This document shows positions 1 through 11,380 of a stretch of 64,000 nt of DNA, in pieces (the stretch's first letter is position 1; each line of letters opens with the position of its first letter). Both the position numbers and the translations under genes were made by a program. This DNA comes from Sulfolobaceae archaeon (GTDB lineage: Archaea > Thermoproteota > Thermoprotei_A > Sulfolobales > Sulfolobaceae). The notes beneath the pieces were generated by a model. The model worked only from the letters and a program-made list of their open reading frames with translations. It ran no database searches and had not been told where the DNA came from. The stretch spans positions 96,001 to 160,000 of the forward strand of contig JAWARQ010000005.1 of the NCBI GenBank assembly GCA_038893355.1, read 5' to 3'.

Positions 1-307
1 ATTTTCTTAATTTTTTAACATTAGTACATAAGTTTTCATTTAGAGATTTATCATTAGTTGCAGTAACTATTATATCAAATCTTTTTAAGAACTCCTCTGA
101 AAGGTTTCTTGCATCATATATTACGATATCTAAATTTTCCTTGTTCTCTAATAATTCTTTAGAAACATCTAGACTAATTACAGTAACTCTGGAACCATAA
201 TTTGCAAATTTTAGAGCCCTTTTACTTCCTACCTTACCACCGCCTATTACAAGTACCTTAAGGCCTGTAGCCCTTATAAATATTGGAAGGAATCCAGAGT
301 TCTCCAC
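1..307 (-). CDS. sirC: Precorrin-2 dehydrogenase/sirohydrochlorin ferrochelatase (SirC/CysG N-terminal type), runs off the window
   Basis: Not in ORF track. Manual translation from GTG at 307: MENSGFLPIFIRATGLKVLVIGGGKVGSKRALKF, matching the P-x-F and GGGxVG NAD-binding start of SirC/Met8. Confidence 0.85.
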   Translation of the reverse strand, partial: MENSGFLPIFIRATGLKVLVIGGGKVGSKRALKFANYGSRVTVISLDVSKELLENKENLDIVIYDARNLSEEFLKRFDIIVTATNDKSLNENLCTNVKKLRK

Positions 308-336
308 TATTTCTCTTTACCATCAGAGTTATTAAT

Positions 337-1401
337 TTATAACCACATATCTAATCCAGTCTGCTTGCTAGCCTGAATTGCAAATCTTATTCCCCTTTCT
401 AACCTACTTATACCATTGCTAACCCTCTCCTCATTAAAATCATGCTCTTTCACAAGAATCTCTATAATTCTTTTATCATCTATGGTTCCTAACTCTAACT
501 TTTCTTGGGGAATTTCCACTGGTGGTTGTAAGAAAAATCGTCTAATTTCTTCAAAATTAAAGTCTACTTCGTGTTTAGGTATTGCATTTCTTTCTAAGGC
601 TTTCTCTATTGAACCATATTTTTTAATAATCTGATATGCGGTCTTTGGACCTATACCCCTTACTCCATCAGGATTATAATCCGTTCCTATTAGTATGCCT
701 ATGTCAATTAATTGCTCCCTAGTAATTCCTAACTTTTTCAAAACAGTTTCTAACTCAATAAGTTCTGGTTTTATTTCTACATAAGCTTCCTTTCCAGGGA
801 GTTTCCTTTTACCACTTACTGTTAAATTTCTAATTAACCTTATTGCACCAAAGAGTAATGAGTCATAATCTTGACTCCCTGCAGCATAAGAATAACCTTT
901 TTGATTTAAAAATGCAGCCTCTGCCTCTCCTTCTGACGGTGCTTGAACGACTGGTATACCCATTGCTTTAAGCAATTCTTTAGCTTGATTGACCATTTCA
1001 TTAGTTAAAGAGATTGAGGCTTGAGCATATTTCTTTAACTCGTGCTTATATACTGGTAATTGTTCTGACTTAATTTGTTCCATTTTCTTTCTAGCCTCTT
1101 CTCTGGCCTTTCTACGTTTTTCAATCTCTTGCATTTTGAATTCGGGTGGTTTACCATCAAAGACATATATTGGAATAATACCCTCTTCTAGAAGATTAAT
1201 AGTTCTATAAAATACCCCACTTAGATGGCTAGTAATATTACCCCTTCTATCCATGAGAGGAGTCCCATCAGGCTGTCTAATTGCGGCAAGAAATTGATAT
1301 AAAGCGTTGTAAGCATCTACTGTAATTTTCTTTCCTTTTATCTGAGAAAATGATATTTCCCTCTTTATATCTTCAATAAGTTCAGATAAATTTACTCCTA
1401 T
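337..1401 (-). CDS. fen: Flap endonuclease FEN-1
   Basis: VFDG, EGEAEAA, SQDYDSLLFG and GTDYN motifs; C-terminal PIP box QTGLDMW. The frame is open 49 codons upstream of the track's ATG (1254) through xGVNL...VDAYNALYQFLAAIRQPDG, implying an ATA start at 1401. Confidence 0.97.
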   Translation of the reverse strand: MGVNLSELIEDIKREISFSQIKGKKITVDAYNALYQFLAAIRQPDGTPLMDRRGNITSHLSGVFYRTINLLEEGIIPIYVFDGKPPEFKMQEIEKRRKAREEARKKMEQIKSEQLPVYKHELKKYAQASISLTNEMVNQAKELLKAMGIPVVQAPSEGEAEAAFLNQKGYSYAAGSQDYDSLLFGAIRLIRNLTVSGKRKLPGKEAYVEIKPELIELETVLKKLGITREQLIDIGILIGTDYNPDGVRGIGPKTAYQIIKKYGSIEKALERNAIPKHEVDFNFEEIRRFFLQPPVEIPQEKLELGTIDDKRIIEILVKEHDFNEERVSNGISRLERGIRFAIQASKQTGLDMWL

Positions 1402-1628
1402 TCTTTTTCACCTAAATAAGTTATCATTCTTTGCCCCTCTTTAATTAATGTTACTGATATAAAACCGCTCATTTCAAGGCTCATAATAGCCTTTAGAAAT
1501 TCACCATAAGAAAATTCGTACCTAACAGACTCCTTAATTTCTTGATATAGGTCAGTATCTTTTATTGGTTTTCCTAACTTTCTTATCCTTTCAAGTATAA
1601 CATACTTTAAAGGTACTTCTCTCCACAT
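1398..1628 (-). CDS. Small winged-helix-like hypothetical protein
   Basis: 76-aa ORF between cdc48 and fen with a helix-helix-wing pattern (LMxLExxGxI); its stop overlaps the fen start. Confidence 0.7.
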   Translation of the reverse strand: MWREVPLKYVILERIRKLGKPIKDTDLYQEIKESVRYEFSYGEFLKAIMSLEMSGFISVTLIKEGQRMITYLGEKE

Positions 1629-1632
1629 ATTC

Positions 1633-3939
<2,307 letters not shown>

Positions 3940-3989
3940 GACTTAATCCCAATTAGAAATTATGTAAATAAGGTTATAAGAGATTATGG

Positions 3990-4265
3990 CTAGAAGCCTA
4001 ATCTAGTTATATTAATAACTTCAGCATGACTAACTCCTTGAACACTATTCACTAGTTCTTCTAGTTGTTCAGTTCCTCCTTCAGTTTGTTCTGGTAATGT
4101 TATAAACAAGACTAAGGCTTTTAATCCAAATGCAATCGGTTCTGTTTCAGTCTTTATTATCTTATACTCCTTTGGTAATTTACTCGAGATTTCCTTTACT
4201 AAGTCATCTAATTTTACTTCATCTCCTTCTGGAAATACTTTTAAAACTACTAATACCTCTGCCAA
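3990..4265 (-). CDS. ef1b: Translation elongation factor aEF-1 beta
   Basis: EPIAFGLKAL motif; TTG start 6 nt after a GGTGA SD. Confidence 0.95.
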   Translation of the reverse strand: MAEVLVVLKVFPEGDEVKLDDLVKEISSKLPKEYKIIKTETEPIAFGLKALVLFITLPEQTEGGTEQLEELVNSVQGVSHAEVINITRLGF

Positions 4266-4279
4266 TGCTCTTCACCTTG

Positions 4280-4480
4280 TTAAGGCCCTTCAAAACCACA
4301 TTTGGGGCAAATATACGTTATACCCTGTTTTCTACAACTAGCACACCTTATTATCTCTATATCACCACAATTAGGGCATCTAAACATAACTGATTTTTCC
4401 CTTGGATGAATTATCTTTCCGCAACTTGAACATATTAGTGGAAGTATTTCTTCTTTTAGACTGAGTTTTATCCCACTCAT
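4280..4480 (-). CDS. Zn-ribbon RNA-binding protein (DUF1610/HVO_2753-like)
   Basis: Four CxxC motifs ending CPKCGFEGP; usual position upstream of ef1b. Confidence 0.9.
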   Translation of the reverse strand: MSGIKLSLKEEILPLICSSCGKIIHPREKSVMFRCPNCGDIEIIRCASCRKQGITYICPKCGFEGP

Positions 4481-4519
4481 TATTAAATCCTCATAGTAAA
4501 GTTACATATTGGTTAATAA

Positions 4520-4879
4520 ATGAAAATGGTAATTGTTGTTAGGCAAGATATCGAGATGGGTAAGGGAAAAATTGCAGCGCAAGTAGCCCATGCAGCAGTT
4601 AACTTAATTTTAGAGATTATGGAGGGGAATGAGAAAGAATGGAAGAAATGGCTAGATGAGTGGCTTAAGGAGGGGCAACCTAAAATTGTGCTTAAGGTTA
4701 GTTCTCTAGATGAGCTATTAAGAAGGTATGAAAAGGCGAAAGAGAAAGGTCTCCCAACAGTAATTATAGAAGATGCTGGAAAAACTCAATTAGAACCAGG
4801 GACTATAACATGTATTGGAATAGGTCCTGCACCGAATGAAGAAGTAGACAAAATAACGGGTGATTTAAAATTACTCTGA
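4520..4879 (+). CDS. pth2: Peptidyl-tRNA hydrolase Pth2
   Basis: MGKGKIAAQVAHA, DAGKTQ and TGDLKLL motifs. Confidence 0.97.
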   Translation: MKMVIVVRQDIEMGKGKIAAQVAHAAVNLILEIMEGNEKEWKKWLDEWLKEGQPKIVLKVSSLDELLRRYEKAKEKGLPTVIIEDAGKTQLEPGTITCIGIGPAPNEEVDKITGDLKLL

Positions 4880-6009
4880 ATGTTCATCAGATAGATATAT
4901 CTATAGGTATGGAAGTATATTACAGAGAAGATTGGGATGAGATAAAGGATGCAAGGATTCCTAGACCGGAAGGTTTTGAAGTAATCGAGGAAGTAAATGA
5001 TAAACCTTGTACTGAATGGAAAGGAGAAAGATTAGGAAAATATGCTGTATTCTTATTAACTAAGAGAAGTGCTGAACATTTTTATGTAATTCAAGAATTA
5101 TCTAAGTTATTACAAAATAGAGTACACTCGATTGGGATAAAGGATACTAATGCAATAACACATCAGTTAGTTTATGTAATTACTAATGGGGAAGAGCCTA
5201 AAGTAAAAGAATATGTTCATAATAATTTTCAAATAAAATTTTTAGGATTTTCAAATAAAAAGTTTTATCATAATGGTAATACATTTATAATAAATATTGA
5301 AACTAGCCAGATAGATGAGATAAAAAGAAGAATAAAGGAATTATCAAAGGATCCTTTCCTTCCTTCATTTATAGGTTACCAAAGATTTGGTACAGTAAGG
5401 CCTACTACACACTTAGTAGGAAAAATGATACTAGAGAGAAGATGGTGTGAAGCTTTGGATCTAGTATTATCATTTCCATATTTTTCTGAATCAGAAATAA
5501 TGAGAAAATTTAGAAAATTAGTATCTGAAAGAAAATATGAAGAGGCTCTAGAAATTTTACCAAATAAATTTAGACAGGAAAGAATTTTATTAAAAAATTA
5601 TATTAAATTTAATAACTGCTTTAAAGCACTAAAAACTAGTACAATACCACTAAGGTTTTATGCTGAAGCTTATCAGAGTTACTTATTTAATAAATATTTA
5701 TCAAGAAAAATTGAAGAATTACGAAAAATAGAAAATAAAGAAGATAAAATAATAACTTTGCCAATATACTTTAATGAGTGTGACGAGATTTGCAGAGAGA
5801 TTTATATTGAAGAAGGGATAGAGAGAGACTATTTCAATTTAAAAATATTGAAAATTAAACTCTCGCCTATTAAAAGAAAAGCTTTTATGAGAATAAAAAA
5901 CATAAAATATGATGAAAATAATAAAATTATATTTAGCTTAGATAGGGGAATGTATGCTACAGTAGTTATTAGAGAATTAATTAAAGGGGATCCTAGAAGG
6001 TTTACTTAG
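4870..6009 (+). CDS. truD: tRNA pseudouridine synthase TruD/Pus7
   Basis: [18 protein letters not shown] and RGMYAT motifs. Track start is 4909; the frame is open from 4864, with ATT (4870) or CTG (4876) as candidate starts. Confidence 0.92.
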   Translation: MTLNVHQIDISIGMEVYYREDWDEIKDARIPRPEGFEVIEEVNDKPCTEWKGERLGKYAVFLLTKRSAEHFYVIQELSKLLQNRVHSIGIKDTNAITHQLVYVITNGEEPKVKEYVHNNFQIKFLGFSNKKFYHNGNTFIINIETSQIDEIKRRIKELSKDPFLPSFIGYQRFGTVRPTTHLVGKMILERRWCEALDLVLSFPYFSESEIMRKFRKLVSERKYEEALEILPNKFRQERILLKNYIKFNNCFKALKTSTIPLRFYAEAYQSYLFNKYLSRKIEELRKIENKEDKIITLPIYFNECDEICREIYIEEGIERDYFNLKILKIKLSPIKRKAFMRIKNIKYDENNKIIFSLDRGMYATVVIRELIKGDPRRFT

Positions 6010-7295
6010 GGTACTAATCTTCTCTTATCTCGTGGGAACAATACTATTTCCTTAACATTTTGTAAACCAGTGAACATGAGCATTAGCCTAGCCAGTCCCA
6101 TTCCAAATCCAGCATGTGGTGGCATTCCATATCTAAACCATTTTAAGAAGAAATCGAAATTCTCAGGATTTAATCCCCTTTCCCTCATAGCTTTTTCTAA
6201 GACTTCTCTTTTATGGTTCCTAGTACTTCCTGACGCTATTTCAACCCATGTATATATTAAATCAAAACTTTCACTTAAACTTGGGTTATCGTCCTTTGCC
6301 TTAGTATAGAATGGCCTAGTAATTGTTGGCCAGTCTATAATAAAGTACAACTCTTCGTTTAATTCTTTGTGAATTATCCTTAACTCTGGAGTCCCTATAT
6401 CATCACCGAACTTCACATTATAACCTTTATTCTTTAAAATTTCTAACGCCTCACTATATGTTATTCTCTTAATAGGTAATTTGACTTCAGGGAGTTTATG
6501 ATTAAGTATACTCAATTCTTCTTTACATTCCTTATTCACGTTATTTACCATATTATATATTATCTCTTCTAAAATCTTCATTACATCATTATAATTTGCA
6601 AAAGCCATTTCAACGTCCATGCTTATAAACTCTGACAGATGATAAGGAGTATCTGATTCTTCTGCCCTCCATGCAGGTGCTATTTCGAAAACCCTTTCTG
6701 CTGCACCAGCTAGTAACTCCTTATATAACTGTGGACTTTGTGCTAAAAATGCAGTTTTCCCAAAATATATTACTGAGAATAATTGAGCACCGCCTTCAGT
6801 TGCTGCTGCAATTATTTTTGGAGTAAAAATTTCAATAAACCCGTGTTTATATAAGACCTCTCTAAATGTTCTTACTACAACATTTTGTATTTTTAATACA
6901 GCTAACATTTCTAACCTTCTTAAATCTAACACCCTCTCCCTCAATCTAGTCTCTAAATCTGCCTTAACTTTCCCTGAAACGTCTAGCGGCAATGGAGAAT
7001 CTGCAAGATTAATTACTTCTATCTCTTCTGCATGTATTTCAGCACCTCTAGGCGCCCTAGGATCCGCCTTAACTTTCCCTTTTACCACTATTACACTTTC
7101 TTGAGTCAGATCTTCAACTCTCTCAAATGATTTAACACTTTTATCTACAACTATCTGACCAATCCCACTCGCATCTCTTAATATTATGAACTTTTTACCG
7201 CCTAAGTCTCTAATTAAATGAACCCATCCAGCTACTACTACTGTTTCTCCATTTAGTTCTGGTTTTATTTGAGATATAAAATGAGTCTTAAGCAC
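6006..7295 (-). CDS. aspS: Aspartyl-tRNA synthetase (archaeal, probably non-discriminating)
   Basis: OB-fold anticodon domain, LAQSPQLYK, motif 2 WRAE, motif 3 [12 protein letters not shown]. Confidence 0.97.
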   Translation of the reverse strand: MLKTHFISQIKPELNGETVVVAGWVHLIRDLGGKKFIILRDASGIGQIVVDKSVKSFERVEDLTQESVIVVKGKVKADPRAPRGAEIHAEEIEVINLADSPLPLDVSGKVKADLETRLRERVLDLRRLEMLAVLKIQNVVVRTFREVLYKHGFIEIFTPKIIAAATEGGAQLFSVIYFGKTAFLAQSPQLYKELLAGAAERVFEIAPAWRAEESDTPYHLSEFISMDVEMAFANYNDVMKILEEIIYNMVNNVNKECKEELSILNHKLPEVKLPIKRITYSEALEILKNKGYNVKFGDDIGTPELRIIHKELNEELYFIIDWPTITRPFYTKAKDDNPSLSESFDLIYTWVEIASGSTRNHKREVLEKAMRERGLNPENFDFFLKWFRYGMPPHAGFGMGLARLMLMFTGLQNVKEIVLFPRDKRRLVP

Positions 7296-7802
7296 TTAAT
7301 CCACCTTTATTCTTACTTGAACTGAATGAATCTTTGATAATGCTGACTCTAAAATATTTGAATCTGCCGGAAGTAGTCTCCTTTCATTTTTAGAGATCCT
7401 TACTACATACTGTACAGTACCGTCTGGTAGCCATACAGTGTTTACTCCAAGTACTCTAGCTGGAGTTAATAATTGGGTTGCAGTGTCCTTAATATTACTT
7501 GTCCTTTCTAATATTCTTACCTTTACATTATACTTTTCTTGCAATATTCTCGCAATCTTTATCCATTTATATTGAGTCATAGAAGGACCACTAGATACTA
7601 TTATTATCAATAAGTTATCTACCTTGTAAGCCTTATGATAAACTGAGTCCCTTAATTCTTTAAATTCTTTTTCCTCTAACTCCAAAAAAGTTTTTAATAA
7701 ATCTACTTCAAATTGCTCTACCTGACCGCTATTTACAAGAGATTCACAGCGATTACATAAAAGACCACTCCTCACGCATACATAATCAAGTGGTATTTTC
7801 AT
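7296..7802 (-). CDS. NusA-like KH protein with Zn-binding N-terminus (crenarchaeal NusA paralogue)
   Basis: [19 protein letters not shown] start (ATG 7802) followed by KH-like regions. Confidence 0.8.
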   Translation of the reverse strand: MKIPLDYVCVRSGLLCNRCESLVNSGQVEQFEVDLLKTFLELEEKEFKELRDSVYHKAYKVDNLLIIIVSSGPSMTQYKWIKIARILQEKYNVKVRILERTSNIKDTATQLLTPARVLGVNTVWLPDGTVQYVVRISKNERRLLPADSNILESALSKIHSVQVRIKVD

Positions 7803-7869
7803 GTTATTCGCACTCCATAACCGCAATACTTTTGAATTGAACTCATATATATGATCAGGGGTTAAAAAA

Positions 7870-8040
7870 ATGCCACTTACTGATCCAGCAAAACTTCAGA
7901 TAGTACATCAACGAGTTTTTCTCAAAAAAGTATGTAGAAAATGTGGTGCTTTAAACTCGTTAAGAGCAACTAAGTGTAGGAGATGTCATAGTAAAAATTT
8001 AAGGCCAAAGAAGAAAGAATTGCCTGCAAAGAAATCATAA
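7870..8040 (+). CDS. rpl40e: 50S ribosomal protein eL40
   Basis: Below track cutoff; manual translation [56 protein letters not shown]. Confidence 0.97.
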   Translation: MPLTDPAKLQIVHQRVFLKKVCRKCGALNSLRATKCRRCHSKNLRPKKKELPAKKS

Positions 8041-8050
8041 CAAGTTTTTA

Positions 8051-8617
8051 TTACTCCTTCGGTCTTATTCCTACTATAATCAATCTATCCCTTATACTTT
8101 TAGCATTTTCTTCAAACAAATCTACATTAGACCATAAATACTGTACATCTATCTTAAGTTTACCTTCACTGACTAAGTACACAATAGTTCTTAATTCATC
8201 CTCGTCTTCCTCTCTGAAAGCATTAGCTTTAAGTAAAATATAATCTTCTAATCTAACACTTTTAAATTCCTTATTATCAATTTTTATTATTATTGAATTA
8301 TCTATTATTTTTTGAGGAACATAAAAATCTTGGAAATTTTCGTAAAAATCGATTTGAATTTCGTAATCATCAAAATTTGCTATGATTCTAGGAGTATCAA
8401 TTGGAGTTTTTCCAAAATCCCAACCATTTTTATATGCAAATTCTCTAATCCTATCTTCCTCGAAAATAGGACTAATGGATAAGGTAAATATATCCACATC
8501 ACTTTCAGTTCCCTTTCTGCCCAAACTTATATCAACTATAGTATCTCCAATTATTACAAAATCCGTAAGTGTCTTAACTTTTTCTAAAACCTCGCCAATA
8601 ATACTAAACGGTATCAC
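8051..8617 (-). CDS. Putative nucleotidyltransferase (Pol-beta superfamily)
   Basis: hhIG...TxxDVD motif and C-terminal LLKA..R..D. Confidence 0.7.
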   Translation of the reverse strand: MIPFSIIGEVLEKVKTLTDFVIIGDTIVDISLGRKGTESDVDIFTLSISPIFEEDRIREFAYKNGWDFGKTPIDTPRIIANFDDYEIQIDFYENFQDFYVPQKIIDNSIIIKIDNKEFKSVRLEDYILLKANAFREEDEDELRTIVYLVSEGKLKIDVQYLWSNVDLFEENAKSIRDRLIIVGIRPKE

Positions 8618-8663
8618 TTACACCACCATATGTTTTTAAGGTCAGATTACAAATTAATAAATT

Positions 8664-8752
8664 GCCGGGGTGGCCGAGTGGTCTAAGGCGGCGGGCCGCA
8701 GTACCATTGCCGAGACCCGTTATTTTCGCGGGTTCGAATCCCGCCCCCGGCT
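8664..8752 (+). tRNA. tRNA-Cys(GCA) with 13-nt intron (8702-8714) at position 37/38
   Basis: Acceptor GCCGGGG/CCCCGGC, U73, T-loop TTCGAAT, anticodon stem GCGGG/CCCGT, GCA at 8698-8700; position 33 is C. Confidence 0.9.
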
Positions 8753-8784
8753 TTGATTTTAATAATAATTGATCCAAAGTAAAA

Positions 8785-10413
8785 ATGATGAGTCAACCAA
8801 AAAGGAAAGAGGAAACGTTAGGTAAAGAAATGTCAGCAGATGAAGCAATAGCTTACGTACTTAAAGAGTATGGAATAAAAGTAGTACACTCTCCATATTA
8901 TGTACCTAATGTAATTAAGGAAAGATTTAAGCAATATGATATAAATTTTAAAGTCATGCCTACTAGTAGAGAAGCAATAATTATGGCTGATTCTTTTGCT
9001 AGGTTAAATAACGAATTAGGTGTGGCATTAATAATTCCCGGCTTTTATGTGCTAGAGGCTATGGATATAATAGCATTAGACTATCAAGATTCCATACCAT
9101 TATTAATTATATCATCGGTAAGGAATAGTAGGGATATAGGAAAATCAAGAATAGCAGAAACCAGGACACAAGATGATCTGAAAATATCTTTATCGCCTTT
9201 TGTAAAAACTTCAGAAAGAGTAACGAGCATTGAGGAAATAACCCAAGTTATAGAAAAAGGTTATAAAGAAGCATTAAGCAACAGACCAAGACCAGTACTG
9301 ATAGAAATAGGAGAAGAATTGTTTAGAATGAAGGCATATCCATTATCTACAGCAGGACAAAAACCAGAGAAGAAAACCCCAGATAAAAATACTGTAGCAA
9401 AAGCTGCTGAAGTGTTATTAAATTCAAAGAATCCAGTAATAATAGCTGGATATGGAGTTCTTTCAAGCTCCGCCACTGATGAATTAATTCAACTTGCAGA
9501 ATTATTAGATTGTCCCGTAATAACTACGATAAGGGCAAAGGGTGCAATTCCAGCAAGGCATCCTCTTTTTGCCGGAGAGGGTCTGGGCTTACTTGCAACA
9601 GAGATCTCTCATAACTTACTTACTAACTCAGATACCGTATTAGCAATAGGTACTAGATTTCCACAGCTATCATTAGGTACTACCAATATAAAATTCAACG
9701 GCTTTATAATTCATAATAATATCGATGGGGAGGAAATTGGAAAAGTAGTTATGCCACATTTACCAGTAGTTGCAGATACTAAGCTATTTTTGCGAGAATT
9801 ACTTAATATTATAAAATCTAAAATAAAAGAACCAATAAATAGAGGTGTTAAGGAGTTAATAAAGAGCAGTAAGAAAATAATAGAGCCTTCTAAGCACGAA
9901 GGTATATGGCCAGTTGATGTATTATTGTTACTATTAAATAACTATGAATACTCTAAAGTAGGGTTTGATATTAGTGCACCAACATTAGACTTAATAAGAC
10001 TACCAATAAATACCCCTGGGTCATGGATAACTACTGAGACTATGTTAGATGCTGGAATAGGAATAACTTCAGTATTATACTCAAATGATGAAAAGGCGTT
10101 AGCAATAACTAGTATTTCATCTACCCTCAAAATGCTATCAATATTACAATCTAACATTGATAAAATTAAGGGAAAAATTCTCATACTTAATGATGATAAC
10201 TCATCATATATAGACACTACTAAATCAGAGTCAATTCAAATAATTAAGAGTGGTTCTTATCAAAATTATGATACTATCCTAGAACGCACCTTAGGTGCAA
10301 TTACCGTAAAAGATGTATCACATCTTAAAGAAGCCTTATTAAATGAATCAAAATCAAAGGTAATAAATGTAAAAATCTCTTATGATTATAATTCAATAAT
10401 ATTAAGAAAGTAA
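8785..10413 (+). CDS. Acetolactate synthase large subunit-like (ThDP-enzyme fold) protein with degenerate catalytic motifs
   Basis: PYR, middle (PVIIAGYG, KGAIP, IGTRF) and PP domains are recognisable; the catalytic Glu and GDG motif are absent. Confidence 0.8.
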   Translation: MMSQPKRKEETLGKEMSADEAIAYVLKEYGIKVVHSPYYVPNVIKERFKQYDINFKVMPTSREAIIMADSFARLNNELGVALIIPGFYVLEAMDIIALDYQDSIPLLIISSVRNSRDIGKSRIAETRTQDDLKISLSPFVKTSERVTSIEEITQVIEKGYKEALSNRPRPVLIEIGEELFRMKAYPLSTAGQKPEKKTPDKNTVAKAAEVLLNSKNPVIIAGYGVLSSSATDELIQLAELLDCPVITTIRAKGAIPARHPLFAGEGLGLLATEISHNLLTNSDTVLAIGTRFPQLSLGTTNIKFNGFIIHNNIDGEEIGKVVMPHLPVVADTKLFLRELLNIIKSKIKEPINRGVKELIKSSKKIIEPSKHEGIWPVDVLLLLLNNYEYSKVGFDISAPTLDLIRLPINTPGSWITTETMLDAGIGITSVLYSNDEKALAITSISSTLKMLSILQSNIDKIKGKILILNDDNSSYIDTTKSESIQIIKSGSYQNYDTILERTLGAITVKDVSHLKEALLNESKSKVINVKISYDYNSIILRK

Positions 10414-10426
10414 AAAATAGTATAAA

Positions 10427-10479
10427 AGTCAGAATTTCCAGCGGTCTTCATATCTCATGAGACCCTCTTTTCATCATCA
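10427..10479 (-). ncRNA. Box C/D methylation guide sRNA
   Basis: Minus strand reads ATGATGA (C), AAAGAGGGTCTC, ATGA (D'), ATGAAGA (C'), CCGCTGGAAATT, CTGA (D); canonical spacing with two 12-nt guides. Confidence 0.85.
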
Positions 10480-10514
10480 AAAAGATTAAAAGTTTCTATT
10501 GTTTAATATTACTT

Positions 10515-10590
10515 GCGGCCGTCGTCTAGTCTGGTCTAGGACGCCGGCCTCCCAAGCCGGTAATCCCGGGTTCAAATCCCGGCGGCCGCA
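10515..10590 (+). tRNA. tRNA-Gly(CCC)
   Basis: GCGGCCG/CGGCCGC acceptor, anticodon arm CCGGC-CTCCCAA-GCCGG, T-loop TTCAAAT. Confidence 0.97.
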
Positions 10591-10597
10591 TTGTGGG

Positions 10598-10840
10598 CTG
10601 AATTCTTTTTCCGCATTAATAGAAATCTCTTTATATTTGTTTATGTTACATTTCTATGACGAAAACGATCTCTCATACCGATGTGGGTTATGCCAAAAAG
10701 GATGAAAGTCGCGGAGATGTAAGCCAAATGTCGTTTAGCTGAAGTAGCCTCACGATCCACCTATAAGGTGGTTGAGGGCTAAGTCCCTACACTTAATGAC
10801 AGTGTCGTCATTAGGATATAAATTTATTAATTAGTGAGAA
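10598..10840 (+). repeat. Diverged tRNA-linked non-coding element, copy 1 (structured RNA or MITE-like)
   Basis: Collinear similarity to 53793-54037; hairpins at 10748-10777 and 10792-10815; TATA-like TTTATA near 10630. Confidence 0.65.
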
Positions 10841-11380
10841 CCCCCCATAAAGAGTAGATTCCAGATAAGGCTTTTGTATACCTTAGCTAGATATAAAAAT
10901 TTACATAATTATGACATTATGTACTATCTTCGTTCTAATCCCATTGAGAGGATAACGAGGTCATAATTTAGGTCAGAAAGATGACCCGAACATAAATAGT
11001 CCAATAAATATTACATGATAGAAATACTATATTAAAATTTTTATAATTAAAAATTATTTTATCTTTAATATAAAGAAAAATTAATATTTTATTATAATAT
11101 AAGATAATTTATTATAGAGAAAAACTGAATTTAAAAATATACTCTCATCTTTTATAAATTTATTTTTTCTTAATTCCTTATAAGTACTACTCAAGTTTTA
11201 ACTTAGATTTAAAATTCAAAACCTCGCAGAGTTTATGCTTACTTTTGAATAACCATTTATGAACTTGTCTATAGGTTTATTCAATTATTTACACTCGGTA
11301 CATTCTCTAGAGCTATAGTTTTAGTAATACCTAGAAATTATGATGGATTATATTAAATTAGTGAGAGCTAGGAGAAATAT

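Noticed and set aside
6957-7080. 15-nt repeat GCCTTAACTTTCCCT within aspS (GKVKAD twice)
   Set aside because: Short and explained by a repeated hexapeptide plus codon bias.
11000-11220. Very AT-rich stretch resembling a replication-origin unwinding element
   Set aside because: No repeated ORB boxes (only a lone TTCCAG) and no cdc6/orc1 or whiP gene nearby.
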